From NCBI GenBank assembly GCA_964590575.1, contig CAZPWM010000051.1:1-21266 (forward strand): DNA of 21,266 nucleotides, given 5' to 3'. Below, in pieces: positions 7,189-16,424 of this stretch. The translations under genes were made by a program, and so were the position numbers. Source of the stretch: an uncultured archaeon (GTDB lineage: Archaea > Asgardarchaeota > Thorarchaeia > Thorarchaeales > Thorarchaeaceae). The notes under the pieces are model-generated. The model was not told where the DNA came from, made no database searches, and was given only the letters and a program-made list of their open reading frames with translations. Numbering within the stretch: position 1 is the stretch's first letter; every line of letters starts with the position of its first letter.

Positions 7189-8657
7189 TGGCAGGTATTG
7201 CAGGCTTAATTGTTTCAAGCAAGAAAGAGGATTCAGAGTTCTTGCTTCAAAAAATGTCGGAAACAATGAAGCATAGAAGATGCAAATCATTCCAATCTGT
7301 TGTAAGTAATGATTCACGCTGTTTGATTGTGGGACCTCGTTCGCTGCAGAGGTCAGATGATGAGCTTTTCATCATTGACAAAAACTCAGATCTTACTTCT
7401 CCTGAAAATACAAACGATGTGACATCCATATTGGAGATATTCGGTGCTGTTGTAGTCATTATTGGCAACAATGGTGTAAGTCTAATGAGAACACTGGATG
7501 GAACAAAAGCACTTTACTATGGGATTACGAAGAACTTCTTTGCCTTCGCGACAGAGAGAAAAAGTCTCTGGAGAATAGGTGTGACAGAAGTAAATGTGTT
7601 AGAACCCGGACAAGGAATCACTTGCCCTTGGAAGGAAACCCTCGTTTCAGAGAAATTTGCCACCCTAGAAAAACCCACTGAGGCAAATATATCACGAGGG
7701 GAAACTCTTGCTATTTTAAAAAAAACGTTGTTGAATTCTTTTGATAGACTTGGAAGAGATACCTCTTGTGCCATCTTATTCTCTGGAGGTGTTGATAGTT
7801 CTCTTGCTGCTGTATTAGCAGCTAACAGATGTGAAAAGACGTTCCTTGTGACAGCGAGAGGAGGAGGAACTCATGATGAAGCAGCCACCACAGAAGCAGC
7901 TGCTAGATTGGGTCTTCCATTGCATACGGTAGAGTTGAATTCTAAAATTATCTGGGAATCTCTTCCAGACCTCATCTACTCAATAGAAACAAGTAATCAG
8001 ATTGACGTTGAGATTGCACTTCCATTTTACCTAGCAACAAGGAAGGCCGCAGTTGAAGGTTGCACAACCGTCATATCAGGTCAAGGACCAGATGAACTAT
8101 TCGCAGGATATGCAAAACATGTCCGAACCTTTGTTGAGAAAGGACCTGACGCTTTATCGGAACAACTTTGGAAAGAAGTAGCAATAACCTACAAAACAAA
8201 TATTGAACGTGACGAGCGAGCAATCGCAGTACATGGGGTAGAGAGTTTCTTTCCATATCTAGACCAGCAGTTTGTACGCACTTCACTCGCTGTTCCTATT
8301 GAATGGAAGGTGATTCCTGAAGGAACACCCCAGAGGAAGATCATATTCAGGGAACTTGCTCAACTATTAGGAGTTCCTGAGATTATTGCACATGCTCCGA
8401 AGAGTGCAACTCAGTACAGCTCAGGTTCTTCGAAGTTTCTTCTTGATTCTATGATAGAACATGTAGACGAATTCAGCAACATTAGTAGGAAAGAGGCATC
8501 TAGACAATCACAGAAGGTTCTCGACGAAATTGCTAATCGGATTCAAATGCCAACCGTACCGAAGACAGAACGAAGCCTTCACATGGATCTTGAAGCTGTG
8601 AACGTGTTTCTAAACACACACACACACCTGAGTTCATTCTCAAGTAATTCTATGTAA
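7188..8657 (+). CDS. Asparagine synthetase B-like protein with a degenerate glutaminase domain
   Basis: Synthetase motifs LFSGGVDSS, ISGQGPDELFAGY, PYLD and PKSATQYSSG are present. The N-terminus is MAGIAG instead of MCGIAG. The start overlaps the upstream stop (TAATG). Confidence 0.85.
   Translation: MAGIAGLIVSSKKEDSEFLLQKMSETMKHRRCKSFQSVVSNDSRCLIVGPRSLQRSDDELFIIDKNSDLTSPENTNDVTSILEIFGAVVVIIGNNGVSLMRTLDGTKALYYGITKNFFAFATERKSLWRIGVTEVNVLEPGQGITCPWKETLVSEKFATLEKPTEANISRGETLAILKKTLLNSFDRLGRDTSCAILFSGGVDSSLAAVLAANRCEKTFLVTARGGGTHDEAATTEAAARLGLPLHTVELNSKIIWESLPDLIYSIETSNQIDVEIALPFYLATRKAAVEGCTTVISGQGPDELFAGYAKHVRTFVEKGPDALSEQLWKEVAITYKTNIERDERAIAVHGVESFFPYLDQQFVRTSLAVPIEWKVIPEGTPQRKIIFRELAQLLGVPEIIAHAPKSATQYSSGSSKFLLDSMIEHVDEFSNISRKEASRQSQKVLDEIANRIQMPTVPKTERSLHMDLEAVNVFLNTHTHLSSFSSNSM
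8614..8627 (+). repeat. (AC)7 dinucleotide run in the 3' end of the asnB-like gene
   Basis: acacacacacacac read directly; it lies within the NTHTHL tail. Confidence 0.8.
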
Positions 8658-8780
8658 AATTGCTACAGTGTGATTCTCGCGGATTTGATAATCAAAAGCA
8701 ACTCGCTTAGTCAAGTCTACATTTGGAAAATTCGACAAATCACTATCCGACTATCAACAATCATCGGCGTCTATTCGAGC

Positions 8781-8900
8781 AATTTATTATGGGAGTTGGA
8801 AAACAATCTGTCGGCATCCTCCAAAGACAGAGAACTGCATTCGGCGAATGTCGTAATATCTCTGGAAGCCAGACAATAAACTTCTTATGGGACTTTGGAC
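8781..8900 (+). promoter_or_regulatory. Two tandem TATA-like elements upstream of the mevalonate-entry operon
   Basis: AATTTATTATGGGAGTTGGA (8781-8800) and AACTTCTTATGGGACTTTGGA (8879-8899) form an imperfect direct repeat about 98 nt apart. An SD-like AAGGAG lies at 8963-8968. Confidence 0.45.
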
Positions 8901-8977
8901 CCATCTCGAAGATTAGTACGTAGACTAGCGACGTATATGTGTTCGACAATTAACGATTTATTAAGGAGATAATTACT

Positions 8978-10015
8978 ATGGTCGGTATCGTGGGCTATGG
9001 CGTATATGTGCCTCGCTATCGCATTAAAACTTCAGACATTGCAGATGTCTGGGGTGAAGATAGTGCAAGAATAGGAAAGGGACTTGGTGTATTTGAAAAG
9101 TCAGTACCAGGACCCGATGAAGATGTGGCCACAATTTCAGTTGAGGCAGCCAGGAACGCTATTAAGAGGGCTCAGATTGATCCAACTAACATTGGAGCTG
9201 TCTATGTGGGCTCTGAGTCACATCCATACGCCGTCAAGCCAACAGGCACAATTGTAGCAGAAGCAGTCGGATGCTCCTATAACATGACCTGTGCTGATTT
9301 TGAATTTGCTTGCAAAGCTGGGACAGCAGCGATTCAGGCTTGTATGGGCCTTGCTAAGTCAAAAATGGTTAAACTGGGATTAGCAATCGGATCTGACACT
9401 GCTCAAGGAAGACCTGGTGATGCACTAGAATATTCTGCAGCGGCAGGCGGTGCAGCATACCTAATCGGAATGAAAGATGTCATTGCTACAATTGAGGACA
9501 CTGTATCATTCACAACCGACACTCCAGATTTCTGGAGACGAGAGGGAGAGGACTTCCCAAGTCACGGTGCTCGTTTCACAGGCGAACCTGCCTATTTCAG
9601 ACATGTCGGCGAGGGAGCAAAGTCACTCTTCAAGAAGACTAAAACAACAGTCGATGATTACGACTACTTTGTATTTCATATGCCTAATGGTAAATTCCCT
9701 ATCGCCATGGGAGCGCAGCTTAAGGTTCCTCCAGAGAAATTGGAGGACAGTCTTGTAGTTCGTCAGATTGGAAACACATACTCTGGCTCAGCCATGATCG
9801 GTCTTGCTAGACTTCTAGATATTGCAAAACCAGGGTCAAGAATATTCATGGTAGCTTATGGTTCTGGAGCTGGGAGTGATGCATTCTCGATCACTGTTGA
9901 GGACGCTATTGAGGAGCGACGTGGAGAAGTTCCAACTGTCGACGATTACATTGAACGAAAGACATACGTCGATTACGCAACCTATGCCAAATATCGACGT
10001 AAAATCAAGAGTTGA
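8978..10015 (+). CDS. hmgS: Hydroxymethylglutaryl-CoA synthase (archaeal type)
   Basis: [11 protein letters not shown] (catalytic Glu), EFACKAGT (catalytic Cys), [13 protein letters not shown] (His), IGNTYSG and YGSGAGSD. Confidence 0.96.
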   Translation: MVGIVGYGVYVPRYRIKTSDIADVWGEDSARIGKGLGVFEKSVPGPDEDVATISVEAARNAIKRAQIDPTNIGAVYVGSESHPYAVKPTGTIVAEAVGCSYNMTCADFEFACKAGTAAIQACMGLAKSKMVKLGLAIGSDTAQGRPGDALEYSAAAGGAAYLIGMKDVIATIEDTVSFTTDTPDFWRREGEDFPSHGARFTGEPAYFRHVGEGAKSLFKKTKTTVDDYDYFVFHMPNGKFPIAMGAQLKVPPEKLEDSLVVRQIGNTYSGSAMIGLARLLDIAKPGSRIFMVAYGSGAGSDAFSITVEDAIEERRGEVPTVDDYIERKTYVDYATYAKYRRKIKS

Positions 10016-10031
10016 AGATGGAGGTATTACT

Positions 10032-11192
10032 ATGAGTAATAGAGTAGCTATTATTGGAGTTGGAATGTGTAAGTTTGGTGAACTTTGGGATAGAAGCCTT
10101 CGAGATATCACCCTTGAGGCAGGATTGTACTCAATCTTTGATTCTGGTGTCAGAGGAGCTGACATTGATGGATTAGTTATTGGCAACATGAGCGCAGGTA
10201 GGTTCACAGGACAAGAACACCTTGGTGCGCAGGCAGTAGATATTGGAGGGCTCGGAGATATGCCAGCTTATAGTGTTGAAGCTGCATGCGCTAGTGGTGG
10301 TGCAGCAGTTCGGCAGGCATACATGGCCATCAAATCCGGTGAACACGATGTGATGCTTGTCCTCGGTGCTGAGAAAATGAGTGACGTGAATCAGACAGAA
10401 GCAATGAACACTATCTCAGTAGCCTCAGACTGGGAATGGGAAGGAATGTTCGGAGCAACATTTCCAGCCCTCTATGCATTTATGGCACGACGCCATATGA
10501 AAGATTATGGGACAACTGAAGAGCAGCTTGCAATGCCAACCGTGAAGAATCACAAAAATGCGGAGCACAACGAATGGGCTCAGTTCCAGAGAGCTGTGCC
10601 TATTGGAGTTGTGATGGGCTCAGGTTTACTTGCAGATCCTCTGAGAGTACTTCACTCAGCACCTGTAACCGACGGAGCAGCAGGTCTTGTAATGTGTAGA
10701 GAAGATCTTGCGAAGAAGTACACAGACACACCGGTCTTCATCGAATCATCAACACAGGCTGGTGACACATTGGCGCTGCATGACAGAAAATCAATCACAA
10801 CAATGAATGCAGTTGTGAACTCCTCAAGATTGGCACTCAAAGAAGCTGGTTTTGAATTAAAGGACATTGATGTTCTCGAGCTTCACGACAGTTTCTCGAT
10901 TGGTGAAATTATCCTAACTGAGGATGTCGGTATAGCTAAGAAGGGAGAGGGCGGAAAGGCGCTAGAAGAAGGTATCACAGAGATAGGAGGAAAATTCCCT
11001 GTCAATACTTCAGGTGGTCTGAAAGCGAGGGGCCATCCAGTCGGTGCTACAGGTGTGGCACAAATTGTCGAGATAGCATTACAACTTCGTGGCGATGCAG
11101 AGAAACGTCAGGTCAAAGGAGCAGAGAAAGGACTCGCAGTGAATATCGGAGGTACAGGTGCAACATCTATTGCGCACATTTTAGGGAGATGA
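10032..11192 (+). CDS. Acetoacetyl-CoA thiolase (archaeal/SCP2-type acetyl-CoA acetyltransferase)
   Basis: VEAACASGG (catalytic Cys), GAEKM, ELHDSF and SGGLKARGHPVGATG. The true start is ATG 10032 after GGAGGT; the ORF-track start at 9858 overlaps hmgS. Confidence 0.94.
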   Translation: MSNRVAIIGVGMCKFGELWDRSLRDITLEAGLYSIFDSGVRGADIDGLVIGNMSAGRFTGQEHLGAQAVDIGGLGDMPAYSVEAACASGGAAVRQAYMAIKSGEHDVMLVLGAEKMSDVNQTEAMNTISVASDWEWEGMFGATFPALYAFMARRHMKDYGTTEEQLAMPTVKNHKNAEHNEWAQFQRAVPIGVVMGSGLLADPLRVLHSAPVTDGAAGLVMCREDLAKKYTDTPVFIESSTQAGDTLALHDRKSITTMNAVVNSSRLALKEAGFELKDIDVLELHDSFSIGEIILTEDVGIAKKGEGGKALEEGITEIGGKFPVNTSGGLKARGHPVGATGVAQIVEIALQLRGDAEKRQVKGAEKGLAVNIGGTGATSIAHILGR

Positions 11193-11198
11193 TCAAAG

Positions 11199-11624
11199 AT
11201 GGCAGAACAAGGAGTAGCACAGATTTGGAGACGAATAAAGTCAATCTACAACATCCAGGGCAACAAATGTGAAACCTGTAAGACGTACTTTTTCCCACCT
11301 CGCCCGGTCTGTCCAACATGTAGAAGAAAGGGAAAGCTTGTGGATTATCATTTCAAAGGATTGGGATCAATCTATTCATTTGCTATAGTCCGTCAAGCCC
11401 CTGACGACTTCAAATTAGAGATACCATATGTGATTGCTCAGGTCGAATTAGATGAAGGTTGTCGGCTCACGGCTCAGATCGTGAATGTAGATCCAGAGAA
11501 TGTGGAAATAGGAATGAGAGTCCGTGCATGTTTCCGCAAAATAAAGGAATTCGGACAGAGTGGGGTCATTATGTATGGTTACAAATTTGAACCCACAATG
11601 AAAGTCACAGGGCATCAAAAATAA
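11199..11624 (+). CDS. DUF35 Zn-ribbon/OB-fold scaffold protein
   Basis: CETC...FPPRPVCPTC Zn ribbon, PYVIAQVEL, VEIGMRV and YGYKF. It sits in the canonical position after the thiolase. Confidence 0.93.
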   Translation: MAEQGVAQIWRRIKSIYNIQGNKCETCKTYFFPPRPVCPTCRRKGKLVDYHFKGLGSIYSFAIVRQAPDDFKLEIPYVIAQVELDEGCRLTAQIVNVDPENVEIGMRVRACFRKIKEFGQSGVIMYGYKFEPTMKVTGHQK

Positions 11625-11626
11625 TC

Positions 11627-12301
11627 TCAAAGATTCAGTTCTGTGATAGAACCAATTGCAGGCAGAGCCACGTTCATTATGATTGTGGCGTCTATCTCCA
11701 CTTTCTTTCTAGTTGAGTTATGGATATGTCCATGAATAATGAGGTCAGGCGGAGCTTTTTCCACTGCTCTTGAAACCCACCAAGAAAATTTAGTCGGATT
11801 GATTTCGAGAAGCGGATTGAAGTGCATCAGGAGAATAACGTAATCTGAAGAACGAGATGCATCTTGAAGGAATCGCGAGAGTTGCGTTGAACGTTCCTCG
11901 AATATAGTTCGCATCTCTGTGACTGTGTCAGATTGGACTTCAAGGGGCTCGGCACTGACCGCAGACATCCCAACAATCGCAATTCGTGAACCGGCTAGAG
12001 TGAGTGTGATTGCTCTCTCATCTAGAAAAGTGAGTCTATCTCTTGTCGCGAGATGAAGTTCGTCTTGAATGTCTACGGGATCTTCATTACCGAAGCATGC
12101 TAGGATTGGAAAATCAGATCCCAAGTGTGATTCTACACTATCTAGCACACGGATATACTCCCTAGCTTTTTCCCGATGAATCATGTCACCTGCAAACAGA
12201 AAGAGGTCTGGTTTTTCACATTTAGAGAGTGCAATATTGAAATCATTCAGAAACCGTGGACTGTGAACATCTGCAATGGCTGCAATTTTAACAGGACTCA
12301 T
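11627..12301 (-). CDS. Calcineurin-like metallophosphoesterase, paralog A
   Basis: ADVHSP, AGDMI, FGNED, LLMH and HGHIH. ATG 12301 is preferred over TTG 12307 because of its spacing to GAAGGA. Confidence 0.85.
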   Translation of the reverse strand: MSPVKIAAIADVHSPRFLNDFNIALSKCEKPDLFLFAGDMIHREKAREYIRVLDSVESHLGSDFPILACFGNEDPVDIQDELHLATRDRLTFLDERAITLTLAGSRIAIVGMSAVSAEPLEVQSDTVTEMRTIFEERSTQLSRFLQDASRSSDYVILLMHFNPLLEINPTKFSWWVSRAVEKAPPDLIIHGHIHNSTRKKVEIDATIIMNVALPAIGSITELNL

Positions 12302-12311
12302 ACTCAATCCT

Positions 12312-13028
12312 TCAGCTACTTTGTGAATCCCAGATTATCAACTCAGTGATAGACCCTACTGCAGGTAAGGCAACATTTCTGATGAGCGTGGAGCCTATTG
12401 TCACTTCATGTTTCGTCGAGTTGTGAACATGTCCATGAATAACAAGATCAGGTTGATGCTCAATAACGACGCTGTAGAATTTCCTACTCCCTAGCCAAGA
12501 GAAATCTTTGGAAACCTCACCCTCACAAGTCTCGAGGCAGGGACTATAATGCATTAACAGTATCCTGTAATCCACAGTACTAGCCATTTTCTTTAGTAGA
12601 GTTCCAGCTCTCTTGGCTCTTCTCTCAAATACACTTTTCACACTAGGAATGTTTCTTCGCTGCCAGCTGGTTGCTTTGTCGAGAGACCCCTGTGTACCAA
12701 CAATACCAACTTTTAGACCGTTTAATTCGAAAATGTATGCTTTCTCGTCAAGAAGGATCATCCTATCTCCGACAATTGAAAGGATGTCTTTTCGAACATC
12801 GCCATATTCTTCATTTCCAAAACAACCAATAATTGGAAATGCGTCACCTAAAGCCAACTCAATAGTGTCTAGTACATTCTTGTACTCCTCTGCATCTCCG
12901 CGATTTATCATATCCCCTGCAAATAGAAACATGTCTGGTTGCTCATGGTGAGCTAGAGCTTCTACAAACTCTTGGAGGTACCTAGGGCTATGAACATCAG
13001 CAACTGCTAGAATTTTCACCTTCGTCAC
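12312..13028 (-). CDS. Calcineurin-like metallophosphoesterase, paralog B
   Basis: ADVHSP, AGDMI, FGNEE, LLMHY and HGHVH; GTG start. Confidence 0.88.
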   Translation of the reverse strand: MTKVKILAVADVHSPRYLQEFVEALAHHEQPDMFLFAGDMINRGDAEEYKNVLDTIELALGDAFPIIGCFGNEEYGDVRKDILSIVGDRMILLDEKAYIFELNGLKVGIVGTQGSLDKATSWQRRNIPSVKSVFERRAKRAGTLLKKMASTVDYRILLMHYSPCLETCEGEVSKDFSWLGSRKFYSVVIEHQPDLVIHGHVHNSTKHEVTIGSTLIRNVALPAVGSITELIIWDSQSS

Positions 13029-13096
13029 TTATCTGTATGATATGGAGCTTAGGTTAAACAAGGATATTAAGTGTTCCAAATGATTGAAGGAATAGT

Positions 13097-14098
13097 GTGA
13101 TACAGATGTCTGGTACATGGGGTCTCAACCTATTCGACCGATTTCATATCGGTCATCAAGTCATGATTGATAGACTTTCTGAGATGCCAGATCCTATTGC
13201 GTGTGTCACAGGGGGTGAGCTTGTAGGGCAGGGACTAGAACTTGAAGCACTCATTCAACCTATTAATCTTAGAAAGCGAAACCTAAGAAGGCATATTGAA
13301 AGGGTCAAACTTGATGATATGATTTCAGTCAAGTCTATCACAAAAGTTGAAGAGTTGTTGTCAATTGAAGGGGACACTACTTTCGTGATGTATGAGGGCC
13401 CTTGTTGTACGGAGATAGAATCAGGTGCACTTAGTATTCGAAAAGATAAGATGGGGGTAAATGACACAATAGAATATCTAAAACCTGTCCGCGCACATGA
13501 TGGTGGAAAATTAGCATCTGCTAGAATAAGACTCGGGGAGATAGACAGGGAAGGAAGACGCCTTAGAGGTACAAAAGAACCACCAAGAGAACTCCAGTTC
13601 GAGGGTAGAGCTGATTTGAAATCTCCAAAGGGGGAGGTTTTCGCTACAATAGATGGGCCTCCTGAGAAGCGTGTTGTAGGTAAGATTCGAGAAGAATCAC
13701 CAGAGTGTGTGATTGCAGTCGGAGATGTGACCTCTAGTACGATACTGAAAGAGGGTTTTACACCAAAGGTCATAATCGTGGACGGAATAACAAAGAGAGG
13801 TGCCTTTGAGGAAGAGTTCTCAGCCGAACGTGTTTATGAAATATTCAATCCAGCTGCAGCGATATATCCCGAAGCATGGTCTGTAATAGACACCGCAATT
13901 CACGATGAAATGAATTCGTTGATCATTGTAGAGGGAGAAGAAGATCTCCTGGGATTTCCAGCTGTCCTTCTTGCTCCTGATGATTCGGCGGTGCTCTATG
14001 GACAGCCAGATGTGGGAATTGTCTGGATACCTATCAATGAGGAAAATAGGAAGATATCGCGGAATCTACTTGAAGAAATGCCAGTCATACGTTCATAG
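13097..14098 (+). CDS. coaD: Fusion of a phosphopantetheine adenylyltransferase-like domain and a GTP-dependent dephospho-CoA kinase (DUF359)
   Basis: N-domain FDRFHIGH and LASARIRLGEIDREG (archaeal PPAT: ISSTRIR.GEID). C-domain LKSPKG, VGDVT, IVDG..KR, VEGEEDLL and LYGQP. Alternative start ATG 13106. Confidence 0.85.
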   Translation: MIQMSGTWGLNLFDRFHIGHQVMIDRLSEMPDPIACVTGGELVGQGLELEALIQPINLRKRNLRRHIERVKLDDMISVKSITKVEELLSIEGDTTFVMYEGPCCTEIESGALSIRKDKMGVNDTIEYLKPVRAHDGGKLASARIRLGEIDREGRRLRGTKEPPRELQFEGRADLKSPKGEVFATIDGPPEKRVVGKIREESPECVIAVGDVTSSTILKEGFTPKVIIVDGITKRGAFEEEFSAERVYEIFNPAAAIYPEAWSVIDTAIHDEMNSLIIVEGEEDLLGFPAVLLAPDDSAVLYGQPDVGIVWIPINEENRKISRNLLEEMPVIRS

Positions 14099-14114
14099 GA
14101 TAGGTTGTCCTATC
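14099..14114. terminator. Short hairpin between convergent genes
   Basis: GATAGG-TTGT-CCTATC spans the 14-nt gap between the coaD-fusion stop and the nnr stop. Confidence 0.4.
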
Positions 14115-15633
14115 ACATGTCAAATACGCGATGGATGTTTTCGATGCAGTCAGTTGCAACAATATGGTCGCCTCGTTCATCAAAAGCCATCTCTCCAGCT
14201 ACTCCTGAGACAAATGCTGCAGCTGATGCAGCAAGAAATGCAGATTTGCCAGTTGCTAGCAGAGCAGCAACGATGCCCGTTAACACGTCACCAGTCCCGC
14301 CCACGGTCATTGCTGAAACTCCAGTTCGATTCAGTTTAAATCGTCCATTAGGTTCTGCGATAACATCAACCGAACCTTTGAGAAGAATGACTGAATTGTA
14401 TATCTTGGCACAGGCAATTGCTTGATCAACTCTATTTGAAAGAGACGTATTGTCACCCAAAGCCTCATCCATGAGAATGGATAGTTCCCCCCAGTGAGGA
14501 GTCATCACAGTCAGATCAGGATTCAGTTTGAGCTCCGAAGAAGCCATGGCTTTAAGACCATCAGCATCTAGTACAAGGGGCATTCTCGCTTTTACTAGTT
14601 GCTCAACGATTGATGTCACAGCTACCTTGGTCTGTTGCTCAAGACCTAGACCAGGACCAAGTGCTATGACATGATTGTTTGATGCATGCTCAATGACATG
14701 CTCTACTGTTTCAGGAAGTAGAACCTGAGTCCCTAAACTCGAAACCATTAGGTTTGGACTATACGACCTAATGGCTGAAACAACAGGTTCTGGAGCTAAA
14801 ATACTAACGAGGTCAGCTCCTGTCCTGAGTGCAGCCAACCCAGTAAGTGCTGGTGCTCCTGAGTAGACTTCATTCCCTCCGACAACTAGAATTCTACCAA
14901 AGTCACCCTTCTTAGAGTGGATGGCACGTGGTTGTTTGAAAGGTCGCAGATCACCCGGACCGCAATTGTATTTGGTTTCTTTGGGAATACCTATCGAAAC
15001 AACGTGGAGCTTCCCAACGAAATCCTTGGCTTTAGCCATTCCAAGCTTGGGAGCATGAAGAGCAATAGTATGATCAGCCATTACAGCAGCTCCATGAACA
15101 ACACCAGTTTCAGAATCAATGCCGCTGGGAATATCAATCGAGTACTTTTTAGCAGCAGATTTGTTAATCATTTTTACAGCTGTAAGCAATGGTTCTCTTA
15201 ACTTTGAACGAAGACCAAATCCCATGACACCATCAATTATGATATCGGCATCTTTGATAGCCCTGCAAGTTTTCACCGCTGATTCAGTGGATAATTCTGA
15301 AACAAGGATGTCATGAAGGTTATTTAGAATCTCCCAGTTATAGAGTGTGTCTTTATTCCGGACACTCATCTCGTCACCAAGCAGGTACACATCAATATCA
15401 GCTCCTGCTTCATCGAGATACCTAGCAGCAACCATACCATCCCCTCCATTTCCTCCGAGACCACATAGAATTACTATATGCTTGTTTTCAACCTTCGAGG
15501 TCTCGGTGACTACTCGAGCTACCTCACGGCCAGCATTTTGCATCAACATACTGTGAGTCACTCCAAGATATTGAGCATTCAGCTCGACAATACGCATTTC
15601 CTCGGTGGTAATTGGATCTTGCTCCATATCCAT
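14113..15633 (-). CDS. nnr: Bifunctional NAD(P)H-hydrate epimerase/dehydratase (YjeF_N + YjeF_C)
   Basis: LMQNAG, CGLGGNGGDG, DGVMGFG and DIPSG (epimerase). HSKKGDFG, GPGLG, VLDADG, TPHWGE, LKG and GGTGDVLTG (dehydratase). Confidence 0.95.
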   Translation of the reverse strand: MDMEQDPITTEEMRIVELNAQYLGVTHSMLMQNAGREVARVVTETSKVENKHIVILCGLGGNGGDGMVAARYLDEAGADIDVYLLGDEMSVRNKDTLYNWEILNNLHDILVSELSTESAVKTCRAIKDADIIIDGVMGFGLRSKLREPLLTAVKMINKSAAKKYSIDIPSGIDSETGVVHGAAVMADHTIALHAPKLGMAKAKDFVGKLHVVSIGIPKETKYNCGPGDLRPFKQPRAIHSKKGDFGRILVVGGNEVYSGAPALTGLAALRTGADLVSILAPEPVVSAIRSYSPNLMVSSLGTQVLLPETVEHVIEHASNNHVIALGPGLGLEQQTKVAVTSIVEQLVKARMPLVLDADGLKAMASSELKLNPDLTVMTPHWGELSILMDEALGDNTSLSNRVDQAIACAKIYNSVILLKGSVDVIAEPNGRFKLNRTGVSAMTVGGTGDVLTGIVAALLATGKSAFLAASAAAFVSGVAGEMAFDERGDHIVATDCIENIHRVFDM

Positions 15634-15740
15634 TCACGCTCAAATTAGGACTAGGTTTCTTGTGGAAGCTTCCCTATATCAATACATTCTCAAGCCGTAA
15701 AATTCATCATCTTTAGAATAGTTTAGAGAAAGGAACCGGA

Positions 15741-16421
15741 GTGACAGACGATTATTATTCAACTAGACTCTCAGCGAACAGACTCAAAGAATGCTATGAC
15801 GTTGCACCATCGCGGGTGATTGAATACCTAAATGCGGAACTAGAGTATGTATTAACACACATTGATCAAAATGATGATGTACTCGAACTGGGATGTGGTT
15901 ATGGTCGTTTTCTCAAAAAGCTATTACATCCTACTCGCACAATAGTGGGTATTGATACTTCAAAGGATAGTCTTGAGCTAGCCAAGAAATTTGTTCGAAC
16001 AATGTCAAAGTGTCATTTGTTCCAGATGGATGCTCAGTTTCTTGGATTTCGTGATAGTATCTTCGACAAAACTATCTGCATTCAAAATGGGATTTCTGCT
16101 TTCAAGATTGACCCGAAGGAACTAGTAATGGAATCAATCAGAGTAACCAGAGATGGTGGAACCTGTCTATTCTCAAGCTACTCAGATCGATTTTGGGAAC
16201 ACAGACTTGAATGGTTCAAAATTCAATCAGAGAAAGGGCTCCTAGGAGCGATTGATTGGGAAGAAACTGGTAATGGAATCATTGTATGTGAAGATGGTTT
16301 TAGAGCCACAACATTTCAAGAAGAAGATTTTCGTAGATTGGCTTCTTCACTTTGCCTTCAGGCTGAAATTGTAGAGGTAGACGAATCCAGTATTATCTGC
16401 AAGATCGTAGTAGAAAAATGA
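15741..16421 (+). CDS. Class I SAM-dependent methyltransferase, substrate unknown
   Basis: VLELGCGYGR motif I, VGIDTS, QMDA, FDKTIC and RVTRDGG. Confidence 0.88.
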   Translation: MTDDYYSTRLSANRLKECYDVAPSRVIEYLNAELEYVLTHIDQNDDVLELGCGYGRFLKKLLHPTRTIVGIDTSKDSLELAKKFVRTMSKCHLFQMDAQFLGFRDSIFDKTICIQNGISAFKIDPKELVMESIRVTRDGGTCLFSSYSDRFWEHRLEWFKIQSEKGLLGAIDWEETGNGIIVCEDGFRATTFQEEDFRRLASSLCLQAEIVEVDESSIICKIVVEK

Positions 16422-16424
16422 AGG

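Noticed and set aside
7714-7726. Slippery T-TTA-AAA-AAA-AC run inside the asnB-like gene
   Set aside because: The reading frame is continuous through both domains and I see no downstream stimulatory structure. It is explained by ordinary Leu-Lys-Lys codons.
8805-8855. Resemblance to an HDV-like ribozyme (TCCTCC loop, GGCGAATG, possible CGGCA/TGTCG P2)
   Set aside because: I could not build a 7-bp P1 starting with G, a 3-bp P3 with a short L3, or the GG needed for P1.1. The similarity is only at motif level.
8670-8949. Three short overlapping ORFs (62-69 aa) in the intergenic region
   Set aside because: No recognisable motifs or convincing SD sites; they overlap each other and the promoter-like elements.
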